Positions 1 through 9,877 of a DNA stretch of 64,000 nucleotides are shown here, piece by piece. This DNA comes from Bacillales bacterium UBA6380 (GTDB lineage: Bacteria > Bacillota_I > Bacilli_A > RFN20 > CAG-826). The stretch is taken from NCBI GenBank assembly GCA_002438785.1, contig DJQS01000011.1:27996-91995 (forward strand). Direction: 5' to 3'. The translations under genes were made by a program, and so were the position numbers. Under the pieces are notes generated by a model that did no database searches, was not told where the DNA came from, and worked only from the letters and a program-made list of their open reading frames with translations. The first letter of the stretch is position 1. Every line of letters starts with the position of its first letter.

Positions 1-136
1 GACGTTTTCTAACGCCTTCTAAGCCAGATAAATATTCTATACTGCTTGCATCATATTCATTATCTTTTAAAATTTTAATCATATTTCTATACCAATTTTT
101 TATTTTAAAATAAACTATTTCAAATTTCTAGTTTTT

Positions 137-928
137 TTGTTTAAAGAATATTATAATAGCGTCATGATTTGGTTATTTAGATTTTTGTTTGTATTTTTAT
201 TTTCAATTTTCGGTTACTTAATAGGAGCTATACCTAATAGTGTAATAATAGGCAAATTATTTTTTCACAAAGATCCTCGAGATTATGGTAGTCATAATGC
301 TGGTGGAACAAATGCTGGTCGTGTTCTTGGAAAAAAAGCTGGCGTAATCGTTATTTTACTCGATGGATTAAAAATTGTTGTTCCATTTTACATTGTATTT
401 TTTTTATTAAAGAAAACCACGTTTTTTCTCAATTTAATGAACGATGGATTTGAATTGAATGCATTTGGGTTAGGTAATACAATTAGTGATTTGGCGCTTT
501 ATTTAACAGCCTTATCTGGAATAATTGGACATTGTTACTCTATTTATTTAAGGTTTTCTGGTGGTAAAGCCGTATCAACATATTTAGGAACAGCTTGCTG
601 TATAAGTTATTTTACTTTTCCCCTTTGTGGCTCTTTATTTTTTGGCATTTTAAAATGTAAAAAATTTGTTAGTTTGTCATCATTAATTTCTACCTCAGCT
701 TTCACTATTTTTAGTTGGATTATTTATATTACTTATTCATTTAATTTTAATAATTTGAAAATTATTAATATATTAAATAATTTCTTATGGTTTGGCTATG
801 GACCAAATATTTCGATTTATATGCCGATTGTAATGACAATTGCATCAATAATTTTAATTATAAAACATATTCCAAACATTCATCGTTTAGAAAATAAAAG
901 TGAATCTAAAATACATTGGATGAAGTAA
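137..928 (+). CDS. plsY: Glycerol-3-phosphate acyltransferase PlsY (acyl-phosphate:G3P acyltransferase)
   Basis: N-terminal GAIPNS...HGSHNAGGTNAGRVLGKKAG motif and C-terminal NIHRLENKSESK tail typical of PlsY. Multi-TM protein. 263 aa is longer than typical because of an internal insertion. Confidence 0.8.
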   Translation: MFKEYYNSVMIWLFRFLFVFLFSIFGYLIGAIPNSVIIGKLFFHKDPRDYGSHNAGGTNAGRVLGKKAGVIVILLDGLKIVVPFYIVFFLLKKTTFFLNLMNDGFELNAFGLGNTISDLALYLTALSGIIGHCYSIYLRFSGGKAVSTYLGTACCISYFTFPLCGSLFFGILKCKKFVSLSSLISTSAFTIFSWIIYITYSFNFNNLKIINILNNFLWFGYGPNISIYMPIVMTIASIILIIKHIPNIHRLENKSESKIHWMK

Positions 929-972
929 TTTAGTATATTTTTAGTATATATTTAGTATATATTAAGTATACT
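929..972. repeat. Short tandem repeat, about four copies of TAGTATAT(AT)
   Basis: Directly visible tttagtatat / ttagtatatat / ttagtatatat / taagtatac just downstream of the plsY stop codon. Confidence 0.5.
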
Positions 973-980
973 AATTAAAT

Positions 981-1008
981 AAAAAACTCTGTCCATGCAG
1001 AGTTTTTT
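981..1008. terminator. Bidirectional rho-independent terminator between plsY and the convergent dehydrogenase gene
   Basis: AAAAAACTCTG-tccatg-CAGAGTTTTTT: perfect stem flanked by an A-run and a T-run. Confidence 0.7.
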
Positions 1009-1026
1009 ATAACTAATTTGATTTAA

Positions 1027-2055
1027 TTAATCAATATACATATCCATTGGGAATGTTAAATAGTGAATTGTATCTAATTCATCTGCTGTAACATATCCAG
1101 CTGGAGCATTAATCAATGAAGGAATTCTATTTACTATCGTTGCACAAGTATGTTCAACTGTCTGAGGTTTAAAGACGGAGAATTTAGTAGTAGGCTCACC
1201 GGTAATTTCCCAATCACACATATCACCTTCTCCTTCCATATATACTTTGCCAATTGTTTCTTCTTCAATTTCGATGCCTTGCATTGTTTGCGCTTTTACT
1301 AAAGCTGCCATACCAATACAATTGCCAGCCTTAATTGTTTTTCCTAATGTATGACTAAATACATCATGATCTACTGTATAAGGTACATTAGTTTGAGTTA
1401 TTGATGTTATTGTTAATCCTAATTTATTAGCTATAGCTTCAACTGGATTCCATGCATATGAAGGTATAACTTCTTTTGGATGTGCTATAGTCTTTTCAAA
1501 TTCATCCTTAGTAAGATCACAACCATGTGCTTTAGCTAAAGCTAATCCATATTCATCAACGTTATATGAATAAGCACCTTTTATTTTTTTAACAGAGTGC
1601 ATACCACCCATAACAAGTGAAACCATATTGACCCAGAAAATATCTTGCATACCACTTCCAGTAACAGTACAACCAGTCTCTTTTGCTAATTTATCAAGTT
1701 TATTTGTTAAAGCGGCATCAGTAGTCCAAGGATAAATAGCTTCTTCACATGTAGTAATAACATTTATTCCTCTAGCAACACATTTTTCTACATGAGGATA
1801 AATGTCTTTAACAAACGAAAATAATGTAACAATGGCAACATCTGCATCACATTCATCTAAAACCTTATCAGCATCATTAGAAATTTTTACACCTAACTTC
1901 ATTCCAAGACCAGCAAAGTCACCAATATCCATTCCTAAAATCTCTTTATTTACATCGATAGCACCTACTATTTCTGCGCCTTTTTCATGCAAATAACGAA
2001 TGATGTATTTTGCCATCTTACCACAACCATATTGAACAACTCTAATTTTTCTCAC
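1027..2055 (-). CDS. NAD(P)-dependent amine dehydrogenase of the DapB-like (2,4-diaminopentanoate dehydrogenase / Ord) family
   Basis: N-terminal Rossmann motif [11 protein letters not shown]. Overall resemblance to DapB-like amino-acid dehydrogenases of about 340 aa. The ORF is visibly more GC-rich than the surrounding genome. Confidence 0.5.
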   Translation of the reverse strand: MRKIRVVQYGCGKMAKYIIRYLHEKGAEIVGAIDVNKEILGMDIGDFAGLGMKLGVKISNDADKVLDECDADVAIVTLFSFVKDIYPHVEKCVARGINVITTCEEAIYPWTTDAALTNKLDKLAKETGCTVTGSGMQDIFWVNMVSLVMGGMHSVKKIKGAYSYNVDEYGLALAKAHGCDLTKDEFEKTIAHPKEVIPSYAWNPVEAIANKLGLTITSITQTNVPYTVDHDVFSHTLGKTIKAGNCIGMAALVKAQTMQGIEIEEETIGKVYMEGEGDMCDWEITGEPTTKFSVFKPQTVEHTCATIVNRIPSLINAPAGYVTADELDTIHYLTFPMDMYID

Positions 2056-2423
2056 AAATTTACCTCCTTAAAATTGTCACCATAATTATATCAGTATTTT
2101 TTTACCAATTCATTAAATAAAAGGCTTGAATTGCAAATTATTCGATTTAATTTATTAAAATCAATTGCAATTAATAAAAATTAAATACTTTTTACAATAG
2201 ACATACAACAATTATTAAAAGAATTTAGATTATAATTATGAAACTTTCATTACTAATCTTTAGTAGTAAAAAAACTAAAAGTAATCAATAATCCTTAAGT
2301 TAATATTTTTATAAGGGCGAGTTAACAAATTCTAATAAATAATATAGCTATCATAATTTTTTTGAGATTAAATTATTTATAAGTAATTAATAGTTTGTAT
2401 ATTCTTATGCTAAGTATTTATAA

Positions 2424-2462
2424 AAAAAGAAAAGTCAAGTAGACTTTTGTTCTACTTGACTT
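2424..2462 (-). terminator. Rho-independent terminator downstream of the UPF0154 gene
   Basis: 12-bp perfect inverted repeat AAGTCAAGTAGA / TCTACTTGACTT. On the minus strand it is followed by TTTTCTTTTTTT. Confidence 0.65.
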
Positions 2463-2528
2463 TATATAGAGTATCTACATCTAAACTAGTAAATAAACTA
2501 GTTTTTAACAACTAGATTGAGTTATAAA

Positions 2529-2741
2529 CTATTTTTGATTATTCATGCTCTTAATAACAGCTTTAATTTGAGCCTCACTAGGTTTACGACCCATTTGCAT
2601 AAACATAGCTCTAATCATTTTTTCATTAATAGGTGGATTATTTTGTATTTGTTTTTTAAAATAATATCTAGAAATAAAAAAGCCAAGTATTGCTCCAACA
2701 ACTAAAGCAAATAAACACCAAAGTAATGTTTCCCACCACAT
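2529..2741 (-). CDS. UPF0154 (YneF-like) small membrane protein
   Basis: One N-terminal TM helix followed by NPPINEKMIRAMFMQMGRKPSEAQIK, characteristic of the UPF0154 family. Preferred over the overlapping plus-strand ORF 2517..2705. Confidence 0.7.
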   Translation of the reverse strand: MWWETLLWCLFALVVGAILGFFISRYYFKKQIQNNPPINEKMIRAMFMQMGRKPSEAQIKAVIKSMNNQK

Positions 2742-2763
2742 AGAACTAATTTCCTTTTATTAA

Positions 2764-3324
2764 TTAATTATTAGCTCTAGAATCGTAAGCACCAGTATCA
2801 GTTCTTACATAAACTAAATCACCATTATTTATAAATAATGGAACTCTAATTTTTAACCCAGTCTCAACAATAGCATCCTTCATTGCTTTGTTAACAGTAT
2901 CACCTCTAACAGCAGGTTCACATTCGACTATTTTTAAAGCGACTTTCGCAGGTAAATTAATACCCAAAATTTCATCTTCATATGTCACAATTTCGACTTC
3001 AAGATTTTCAGTTAAAAATTTCTTTTCCCATTCAAGTCTACTCGCTGGAATTTCAACTTGTTCGAATGTGTTATTATCCATGAATACAAGAAAATCTCCA
3101 CTATCATAAAGATAATTCATCTTCTTTTTTTCAAGTCTAATAGTTTCTACTTGGTAACCACTATTGGCACTCATTTCAGTAATTGCACCAGTTCTTACAT
3201 TTTTAACTTTAACTTTAGCAACCATTTTTCTCATAGCAGTTTTATTTAATAGAATGTCGATAACATAATAAATGTTACCTTCTTCCAAAAAATAATTGCC
3301 AGGTCTTAATTCAGTAACGTTCAT
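2764..3324 (-). CDS. efp: Elongation factor P
   Basis: 186 aa with a KOW-like N-terminus and OB domains. Typical EF-P length and sequence pattern (VKVKNVRTG...EVEIPASR...). Confidence 0.9.
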   Translation of the reverse strand: MNVTELRPGNYFLEEGNIYYVIDILLNKTAMRKMVAKVKVKNVRTGAITEMSANSGYQVETIRLEKKKMNYLYDSGDFLVFMDNNTFEQVEIPASRLEWEKKFLTENLEVEIVTYEDEILGINLPAKVALKIVECEPAVRGDTVNKAMKDAIVETGLKIRVPLFINNGDLVYVRTDTGAYDSRANN

Positions 3325-3333
3325 ATCTTCCTC

Positions 3334-3969
3334 CTAATTTAAATATGGGTTATTTTTTAATTCTTCACCTATTGTTGTTATAAAACCATGTCCAGGATAA
3401 ACAACTAATTTGGTATCAAATCCTTTAATAATTTCTAAACTATCTTTTAATAAGTTTCTATTAGAAGTTATTAAATCATCTCTTCCTATGCTACCTTTAA
3501 ACAAACTATCACCTGTAAATAAAGCATTTTCTTCTTGATTTAATAAGCAAACACTTCCATCAGTATGATAAGGTGTTTCAAAAACTTGAAACTTTAATCC
3601 ATCTCCAAAATTTAAAATATCTAAATTTTTAAAAGCTTTAACATTTAAATTAATTTTTACTGATTCATTTGTTAAATAAGATCCATTAAGTTTTGGATTT
3701 TGCAATAGTTCATAATCGAATTCATCGATATAAATGGGTGTTTTCGAAAAATAATCATGAAATTTCGACAACCCTCTTATATGATCGAAATGTCCATGCG
3801 TTAATAATAAAGCCTTTACTTCCGAATAATGAATTTTAATATAATTAATTAATTTTTGGCTTGTAGAACCATAATCAATGATGACGCAAGGTCCATTTTC
3901 TTTGCCAACAATATAAATATTTGCACAAAATTCATCTATACTATGATCGAAATTAAAAACTTTAATCAT
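3334..3969 (-). CDS. MBL-fold metallo-hydrolase (hydroxyacylglutathione hydrolase-like)
   Basis: THGHFDHIRG motif (HxHxDH), 211 aa. Confidence 0.7.
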   Translation of the reverse strand: MIKVFNFDHSIDEFCANIYIVGKENGPCVIIDYGSTSQKLINYIKIHYSEVKALLLTHGHFDHIRGLSKFHDYFSKTPIYIDEFDYELLQNPKLNGSYLTNESVKINLNVKAFKNLDILNFGDGLKFQVFETPYHTDGSVCLLNQEENALFTGDSLFKGSIGRDDLITSNRNLLKDSLEIIKGFDTKLVVYPGHGFITTIGEELKNNPYLN

Positions 3970-3984
3970 ATATTATTAACAAGT

Positions 3985-4134
3985 CTACTTTTTCTCTTTG
4001 TGTAAAGTAACTTTTCTACACTTAGGACAATATTTCTTATGTTCAATACGATCAGGATCATTCTTCTTATTTTTACTAGAAATATAATTTTCTTCTCCAC
4101 ATTCAGTGCATTTTAATATAAATGTATCTCTCAT
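3985..4134 (-). CDS. rpmG: 50S ribosomal protein L33 (not in the ORF track because it is under 60 aa)
   Basis: Manual translation: [49 protein letters not shown]. Two CxxC pairs, 49 aa, typical L33. Confidence 0.8.
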   Translation of the reverse strand: MRDTFILKCTECGEENYISSKNKKNDPDRIEHKKYCPKCRKVTLHKEKK

Positions 4135-4227
4135 ATTACAATCTCCTTCTTTGCCGATAAATAAGATATCACAAAATGAAACATTTTTCTATATAAAACT
4201 ATTTAAACATAAGATATAATCTTATGT

Positions 4228-5286
4228 ATGAATAGAAACGAGACAAAAAGAGTTCAAATTGGAAATATTTTTTTAGGTGGAAATAATCAAATTTTAATTC
4301 AATCAATGTGCTCAATTAAAACAAGTCATATAAAAAAAGTTATTAAACAAATTAATGAATGTGCTGATTTAGGTGCTGATTTAATGCGTGTTAGTATTCT
4401 TGATTTTAAAGATGCTTACGCAATTAAAGAAATTGTCAATAATATAAAAATTCCGTTGATTTGCGACATACATTATAATTATAAATTTGCTCTTATTGCT
4501 ATAAAATCAGGTGCAAAAAAAATAAGACTAAATCCTGGTAATTTAAATAATAAAGAGGAAATAGAAAAAATAGTTAATTTAGCAAAAAAATATAATGTTG
4601 CTATTAGAATTGGTGTTAATTCAGGTTCTTTAAATCAAAATATAGTAAGAAAATATTCGAATCTAGAAACTTACAAATTAATTGTTTTAAGTGCTATCGA
4701 ATATATAAAAATTTTAGAAAATTTTGATTTTTATAACATTGTAATAAGTTTAAAAAGTAGCAATTTATTCGACACAATACAAGCTTATCGAGAATTTTCA
4801 AAAATTAGTAATTATCCATTGCATATAGGCCTAACTGAAAGTGGCTTTGATGAAGTTGGTATAATACGCAGTGTTGCTTGCCTCTCACCACTTCTATTAG
4901 ATAATATTGGGAACACAATAAGGATATCGTTGACCAATGATCCTAAAAAAGAAATTTTAACATGTAAAAGATTATTACATGATTTAAATTTATATCCAAA
5001 TTACCCAACATTAATCTCATGTCCTACGTGTGGTCGCTGTGAAGTAAAAATTAAATCGTTAGCGAGAAAAACTCTAGATTTTTTAGAAAAAAATAATGTC
5101 AATATAACTGTTGCAATAATGGGTTGTGCAGTTAATGGAATAGGTGAAGGTAAAAAAGCTGATATTGGATTAGCTGGAGGAAAAAATAAATTCATAATTT
5201 TTAAAAAAGGTAAATTTTTTAAAGAAGTTAAAGAAAGCGAAGCTTTAAATGAATTATTTAAGGAAATTTTGTTAATAAAACACTAA
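4228..5286 (+). CDS. ispG: 4-hydroxy-3-methylbut-2-en-1-yl diphosphate synthase (MEP pathway)
   Basis: TIM-barrel N-terminus (IQSMC...) and C-terminal CPTCGRC Fe-S cysteine motif. 352 aa, bacterial IspG size. Confidence 0.85.
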   Translation: MNRNETKRVQIGNIFLGGNNQILIQSMCSIKTSHIKKVIKQINECADLGADLMRVSILDFKDAYAIKEIVNNIKIPLICDIHYNYKFALIAIKSGAKKIRLNPGNLNNKEEIEKIVNLAKKYNVAIRIGVNSGSLNQNIVRKYSNLETYKLIVLSAIEYIKILENFDFYNIVISLKSSNLFDTIQAYREFSKISNYPLHIGLTESGFDEVGIIRSVACLSPLLLDNIGNTIRISLTNDPKKEILTCKRLLHDLNLYPNYPTLISCPTCGRCEVKIKSLARKTLDFLEKNNVNITVAIMGCAVNGIGEGKKADIGLAGGKNKFIIFKKGKFFKEVKESEALNELFKEILLIKH

Positions 5287-6155
5287 TAATTGCTTTTCAA
5301 TAATTTTATTTCGTCTTTGTAAGGTGGCTCACCATTAATATATGGGGTTTCTAAAATTTTGGGAATATCTTTAAGTCTTTTATCAAAGACATATTTTTGA
5401 AGTATTTTTAATCCTATTGTCCCTTTACCTATATTCTCATGTCGATCTTTATGAGAACCACGATTATTTTTACTATCATTTAAATGAATAACCATCAACT
5501 TATTAAGCCCAATTTCTTTATCAAACTCACTTAAAATATCATCTATATCTTCCACATCATATCCAGCGTCATTTATATGACAAGTATCAAGGCAAACCCC
5601 AAGACGATTTTTAAATCGCGAATTGTTAATTATTTTTGCTATTTCTTCAAAATTTTTACCAATTTCACTACCCTTACCTGCCATAGTTTCAAGGCAAACT
5701 ATAACATCAGTACAATCTATGGAAAGTACTTCATCTAAACCTTTTACTATTTGCTTTATCCCTTTTTCTACTCCTTCTCCTACATGAAGGCCTGGATGTA
5801 AAACTAATAATTTACATCCAAAAGCATAAGTACGCTTTAATTCATTAAGTAATACTTTTTTTGCTAATTCAAATTTATAATTATCAATACTATTTCCTAA
5901 ATTAATTATATAAGGGGCATGTACGACAATTTTTTTAATATCAATTCTATTATCTTTAAGTAAAGCTTGGCCTTCTTTTATAAAACATTTTTCAAGTGGA
6001 ACTCTTAAAGAATTTTGTGGCGCACCTGTATAAAACATAAAAGTATTTTCGCCATATTTTAATGCTTCTTTAACAGTTCCTAAAAAATAATTAGGAGCAC
6101 AAAAAGAAAGATGGCTTCCTAATAAAACATTATCAATCTCGTTTATTTTTTGCAT
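5283..6155 (-). CDS. nfo: Endonuclease IV (AP endonuclease). The ORF extends to 6242 but the likely start is the internal Met.
   Basis: HAPYIINL, HPG, ETMAGKG, LGVCLDTCH and VIHLNDS motifs of the Nfo family. The first 29 codons overlap the upstream helicase, so the start at MQKINEIDN is preferred. Confidence 0.8.
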   Translation of the reverse strand: MQKINEIDNVLLGSHLSFCAPNYFLGTVKEALKYGENTFMFYTGAPQNSLRVPLEKCFIKEGQALLKDNRIDIKKIVVHAPYIINLGNSIDNYKFELAKKVLLNELKRTYAFGCKLLVLHPGLHVGEGVEKGIKQIVKGLDEVLSIDCTDVIVCLETMAGKGSEIGKNFEEIAKIINNSRFKNRLGVCLDTCHINDAGYDVEDIDDILSEFDKEIGLNKLMVIHLNDSKNNRGSHKDRHENIGKGTIGLKILQKYVFDKRLKDIPKILETPYINGEPPYKDEIKLLKSNY

Positions 6156-7488
6156 TTTCTCGATATCTTTCTTCCATTTGTCGACGTATATCTTTTTTGA
6201 TAATTTCACGACGGTGTTTGTTTTTAACTTTTTGAACAGCAATTCTAATTTTCTTTTTATATCCTGGTTTAACTTTATTTGACTTATTTTGATTTATAGC
6301 TTTTTTTATTTCTTTATCTAATTCTGTATTAACTTTTTTCTTTTTTCTTTTTGTTTTGATAAAACTTGTATCTGGAATTAAATGACAACTATCAAATTTT
6401 AAGAATTCAACTTTTAAACCATCAGAAATTAATTTTTCGCATAATTTTTGATGCTCATTATCATAAAAAACAAATGAACGTCCACTTTTATTATTTCTTC
6501 CGGTTCTTCCAGCTCTATGATAATAATATTCTAAGTTATTAGGTAAGTCTAAACTTAATACATCACTAACATCGATTATATCAAGGCCTCTACTTGCAAT
6601 ATCTGTACACACTATAACAGGAAATTCATTATTATTAATTCTTCTTAACATTGAATTTCTTTCGCGTGGTAATAAATCTCCACTAATAAAACCGCATTTA
6701 ATTTTATTTTTCGATAAAAATTCATATATTTTTTTTGCTTCTTCTTTACTATTAGAAAAAATCATTAATAAATAAGGGTTAACATCTTTTATAAAATCTA
6801 ATGTTAAGTCATTTAAATTGCGATGTTTAGTATTAATAAAATAATGTTTAATTGTTTTTGAAGCATTGTCTTTATTTGATAATGTCAGAATATAATCAGG
6901 CGAAATATATTTTTTTAGGAAAATTTCAACTTTTTTGGATATTGTAGCACTAAAAACTTCAATTTGTTTGCATTTAGAGCGCATGATTATATTATTTATA
7001 TCTTCAAAAAAACTATCATCCATTAGCATATCTGCCTCATCCAATACAATAGTTTTTAAATTAGACAAATCAATATTAGCATTTGAAAGTAAATATTTTA
7101 AACGACCAGGCGTAGCAATTGCAATTTCCACTCCATTTTCTAAGCTTTCTTCATTTTTTGTCGTATCAACGCCACTTATATATAATTTGCATTTAAGAAG
7201 TGGAAAATATTTTTTAAATTCTTGAGTAAATAAATATGTTTGCCTAGATAATTCTCTTGTTGGTGAAATAATGATTGCTTGAAGTTTATTATTAAAACTT
7301 AAATTATTAATAATCGGAATTAAAAAAGAATGAGTTTTTCCAGAACCAGTTTCACTTTGTACTATAATATTTTCACCTTTTAAGGCTTTTGGTATTACAA
7401 CTTCTTGAACTTTTGTAGCTTCTTTATAACCTAAATCATATAAAGCATCGATCACTTCTTTTTTTAAATTAAACGTTTTAAAATTCAT
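6133..7488 (-). CDS. DEAD-box ATP-dependent RNA helicase (CshA/CshB-like) with a basic C-terminal tail
   Basis: Q-motif (ATKVQ), Walker A SETGSGKT, DEAD box VLDEADMLMD, HRAGRTGR motif VI, and a Lys/Arg-rich C-terminus. Confidence 0.85.
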   Translation of the reverse strand: MNFKTFNLKKEVIDALYDLGYKEATKVQEVVIPKALKGENIIVQSETGSGKTHSFLIPIINNLSFNNKLQAIIISPTRELSRQTYLFTQEFKKYFPLLKCKLYISGVDTTKNEESLENGVEIAIATPGRLKYLLSNANIDLSNLKTIVLDEADMLMDDSFFEDINNIIMRSKCKQIEVFSATISKKVEIFLKKYISPDYILTLSNKDNASKTIKHYFINTKHRNLNDLTLDFIKDVNPYLLMIFSNSKEEAKKIYEFLSKNKIKCGFISGDLLPRERNSMLRRINNNEFPVIVCTDIASRGLDIIDVSDVLSLDLPNNLEYYYHRAGRTGRNNKSGRSFVFYDNEHQKLCEKLISDGLKVEFLKFDSCHLIPDTSFIKTKRKKKKVNTELDKEIKKAINQNKSNKVKPGYKKKIRIAVQKVKNKHRREIIKKDIRRQMEERYRENAKNKRD

Positions 7489-7580
7489 AAAAATATTTTA
7501 ATTTTTTTTGAATGTAAATTCTATATATATTTATTAGAAATATGTTTATTAATATAAATTTATAAGGTAAACTCTAAATT

Positions 7581-8447
7581 ATGAATGTTGAATTACTAAA
7601 ACCATATGGACTTTGTTCAGGAGCTTTAAAAGCCATAAATTTAATAAAAAAAGTTAGAAAAGATAACCCTAATAATAATATAATTTTATTTGGTCCAATA
7701 ATTCATAACGAGAATATTAATTCGTTAATGAAAGAACTAGATATTAAAGTACTAGATTTACCATATGATGAATATTTTGATGTGATTGACACTTTATCTA
7801 TTGACGATATTGTCATATTACCTGCACACGGGCATGACAATTCACTTGAAGAAAAACTTTGTAGAAAGGGAATTTTATATGTTGATGCAACATGTCCAAC
7901 CATTTTAAAAATTCACGATTTAATTCTTAATGACTATCTAGATAACGATATCATTTATATAGGAAAAAAAGACCATATTGAATCTATAACAACTTGCTTA
8001 CTAAAAGATAATATTTATTTTTACGATATTGATAACACATCAAATTTAGAACAATTCCATATTGTTGACCCAATAATCTTATATCAAACAACATTAACCA
8101 AGCTAGATGTAAAAAATGCAATTAAAAATATTAAAATTAATTTTCCAACTGCACAAGAAGGAAAGACTCTTTGCAGGCAGTGCATTATTAGACAAAATAA
8201 TCTTATAAAAAATTTAACAAAAGATACATTTGTAATTATTGTTGGAAGCAAAACATCTAGTAATACTAAATCTTTACTAGATATATACTATAAAACTACT
8301 AATGATAATAAAATTATCTTTGTAAATTCACTTGAAGAAATTAAAAAAGTAGAATTTAATTCATCCTATAAATATCTAATAACTAGCGGAACATCTACTC
8401 CAAATATAGTAGTAGAAAACATTTATAAATATATTAGATCACTTTAG
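7581..8447 (+). CDS. ispH: 4-hydroxy-3-methylbut-2-enyl diphosphate reductase (MEP pathway)
   Basis: YGLCSGALKAI near the N-terminus, GPIIHN, ATCP: the three conserved Cys regions of IspH/LytB. 288 aa. Confidence 0.85.
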   Translation: MNVELLKPYGLCSGALKAINLIKKVRKDNPNNNIILFGPIIHNENINSLMKELDIKVLDLPYDEYFDVIDTLSIDDIVILPAHGHDNSLEEKLCRKGILYVDATCPTILKIHDLILNDYLDNDIIYIGKKDHIESITTCLLKDNIYFYDIDNTSNLEQFHIVDPIILYQTTLTKLDVKNAIKNIKINFPTAQEGKTLCRQCIIRQNNLIKNLTKDTFVIIVGSKTSSNTKSLLDIYYKTTNDNKIIFVNSLEEIKKVEFNSSYKYLITSGTSTPNIVVENIYKYIRSL

Positions 8448-9213
8448 GACATTTTTCGTGTTCAACAGTTATAATGTTCAAAGTATTGTCTATTTCTAGT
8501 ATTACTTTTTTCATTTGTTCCATGAAAATATTTTCTATTTCATGGGGTAAATCTAAATAATTATAATGGCAAGATATTACATCTCTTCTGCCATGGTGTG
8601 GAATATCACCACTAATAAATATGTCATATCCTTCGTTTTGCGCTTCCTTAAATTCATACCACCCGCCACCTCCTATAATAGCAACATTATTAATAATTTC
8701 TTTACCATAAGGTAGCAATAGTCCATATTGAACATTTAATTTATTTTTAGCATACAACGCAAAATCGTTGACATTCATTGGTTCAATTAAGCATCCACCT
8801 CTAGCCATCGGAACTTTAGATAATGAATGTATGTTTTTCAAGTTCAATCTTTGTGCTAAAGCGTCATTCATACCATTCTTTCCTTCATCAAAATTAGTGT
8901 GATAAGAGTAAATTGGAATATTATATTTAAAAATTTCATCAGTAATTTTTGCCTTATTTTTGTCTTTTGAAAGAACATCATTCTTCTTTCCAAAAATAAA
9001 TGGATGGTGAGTAATTATTAAATCAATTTCATTTAGCAAATTGTTATCAAACATATATTTTAAAACAATTTCATCAAAATCTAAGCAAATTAAAATATTA
9101 TCAGTATTTTCTCGTAATTTACCAACTTGTAATCCAGGATAATCATGATATTTTAAAGCAATTCCTTTTGGGAAATATTTAGCTAATTTGTTGATTAAAT
9201 TTCTAGTTTTCAT
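8434..9213 (-). CDS. Nif3-family dinuclear metal centre protein (YqfO-like)
   Basis: 259 aa with the HH...HTNFD...GGGG pattern of Nif3. Lies downstream of trmK and sigA as in Bacillus. Confidence 0.8.
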   Translation of the reverse strand: MKTRNLINKLAKYFPKGIALKYHDYPGLQVGKLRENTDNILICLDFDEIVLKYMFDNNLLNEIDLIITHHPFIFGKKNDVLSKDKNKAKITDEIFKYNIPIYSYHTNFDEGKNGMNDALAQRLNLKNIHSLSKVPMARGGCLIEPMNVNDFALYAKNKLNVQYGLLLPYGKEIINNVAIIGGGGWYEFKEAQNEGYDIFISGDIPHHGRRDVISCHYNYLDLPHEIENIFMEQMKKVILEIDNTLNIITVEHEKCPKVI

Positions 9214-9877
9214 ATAAGATACCCTTTAATTCTTCAATTTCATTTTCTAATTCTTCTTTTCGACTATTGCTAAGTTTTTTCGTTTTGAGCAAATTGTTAT
9301 ATTTAGTAAGAATTGTTTTATAATGTCTAATGAAATATTTATCTTTTTTTAATAATAAAATTGGACCATATTTATATTGAATTTCTAAATACTGCATTGT
9401 CCCTTTTTTAAATCTAATTATCTCATAAAAAATATCATTTTCTACTAAGTCACTTTCTTCATCAATAATGTAACCTAGATTTACCATAAATTTGCGAAGT
9501 TCATAAGTGTTATTATGACTATCTATAATAAAATATTTAATGTATTTTACTTTTTCAATTGACCTAAGAATAAGATTTTTAATTGTAATAAAACCCATGC
9601 CAGCAATTACAATAGTATCGTAACTTGAATCAACATCAGCCAAACCATCAGATAAAATAATAGAATAATTATCTCGATATTCTTTTAGATATAAATCTAA
9701 ATTAGATTTTAATCTATTAAAAGGACCTACTTTATTTTCAACACCTAAAACTTTTTTAGAAATCTTACTTTTTAATAAAGCAACTAAAAGATATCCATGA
9801 TCGCTACCTATATCAGCAACCACACTACCTTTTATAATTAAATTTAATATTGTGTTAATTCTTGCACTAATATTCAT
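9203..9877 (-). CDS. trmK: tRNA (adenine22-N1)-methyltransferase
   Basis: SAM-binding VADIGSDHGYL motif. 224 aa. Position dnaG-sigA-trmK-nif3 matches Bacillus yqfN. Confidence 0.75.
   Translation of the reverse strand: MNISARINTILNLIIKGSVVADIGSDHGYLLVALLKSKISKKVLGVENKVGPFNRLKSNLDLYLKEYRDNYSIILSDGLADVDSSYDTIVIAGMGFITIKNLILRSIEKVKYIKYFIIDSHNNTYELRKFMVNLGYIIDEESDLVENDIFYEIIRFKKGTMQYLEIQYKYGPILLLKKDKYFIRHYKTILTKYNNLLKTKKLSNSRKEELENEIEELKGILYEN

Noticed and set aside
2056-2528. Possible tRNA, rRNA or CRISPR content in the long ORF-free spacer
   Set aside because: No cloverleaf-compatible GC-rich segments or GTTC-type T-loop motifs. No regularly spaced direct repeats. Only terminator hairpins and a short AATTGCAA duplication.
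2517-2705. Plus-strand 62-aa ORF overlapping the UPF0154 gene
   Set aside because: The minus-strand frame encodes a recognisable UPF0154/YneF protein. The plus-strand frame is an antisense artefact.
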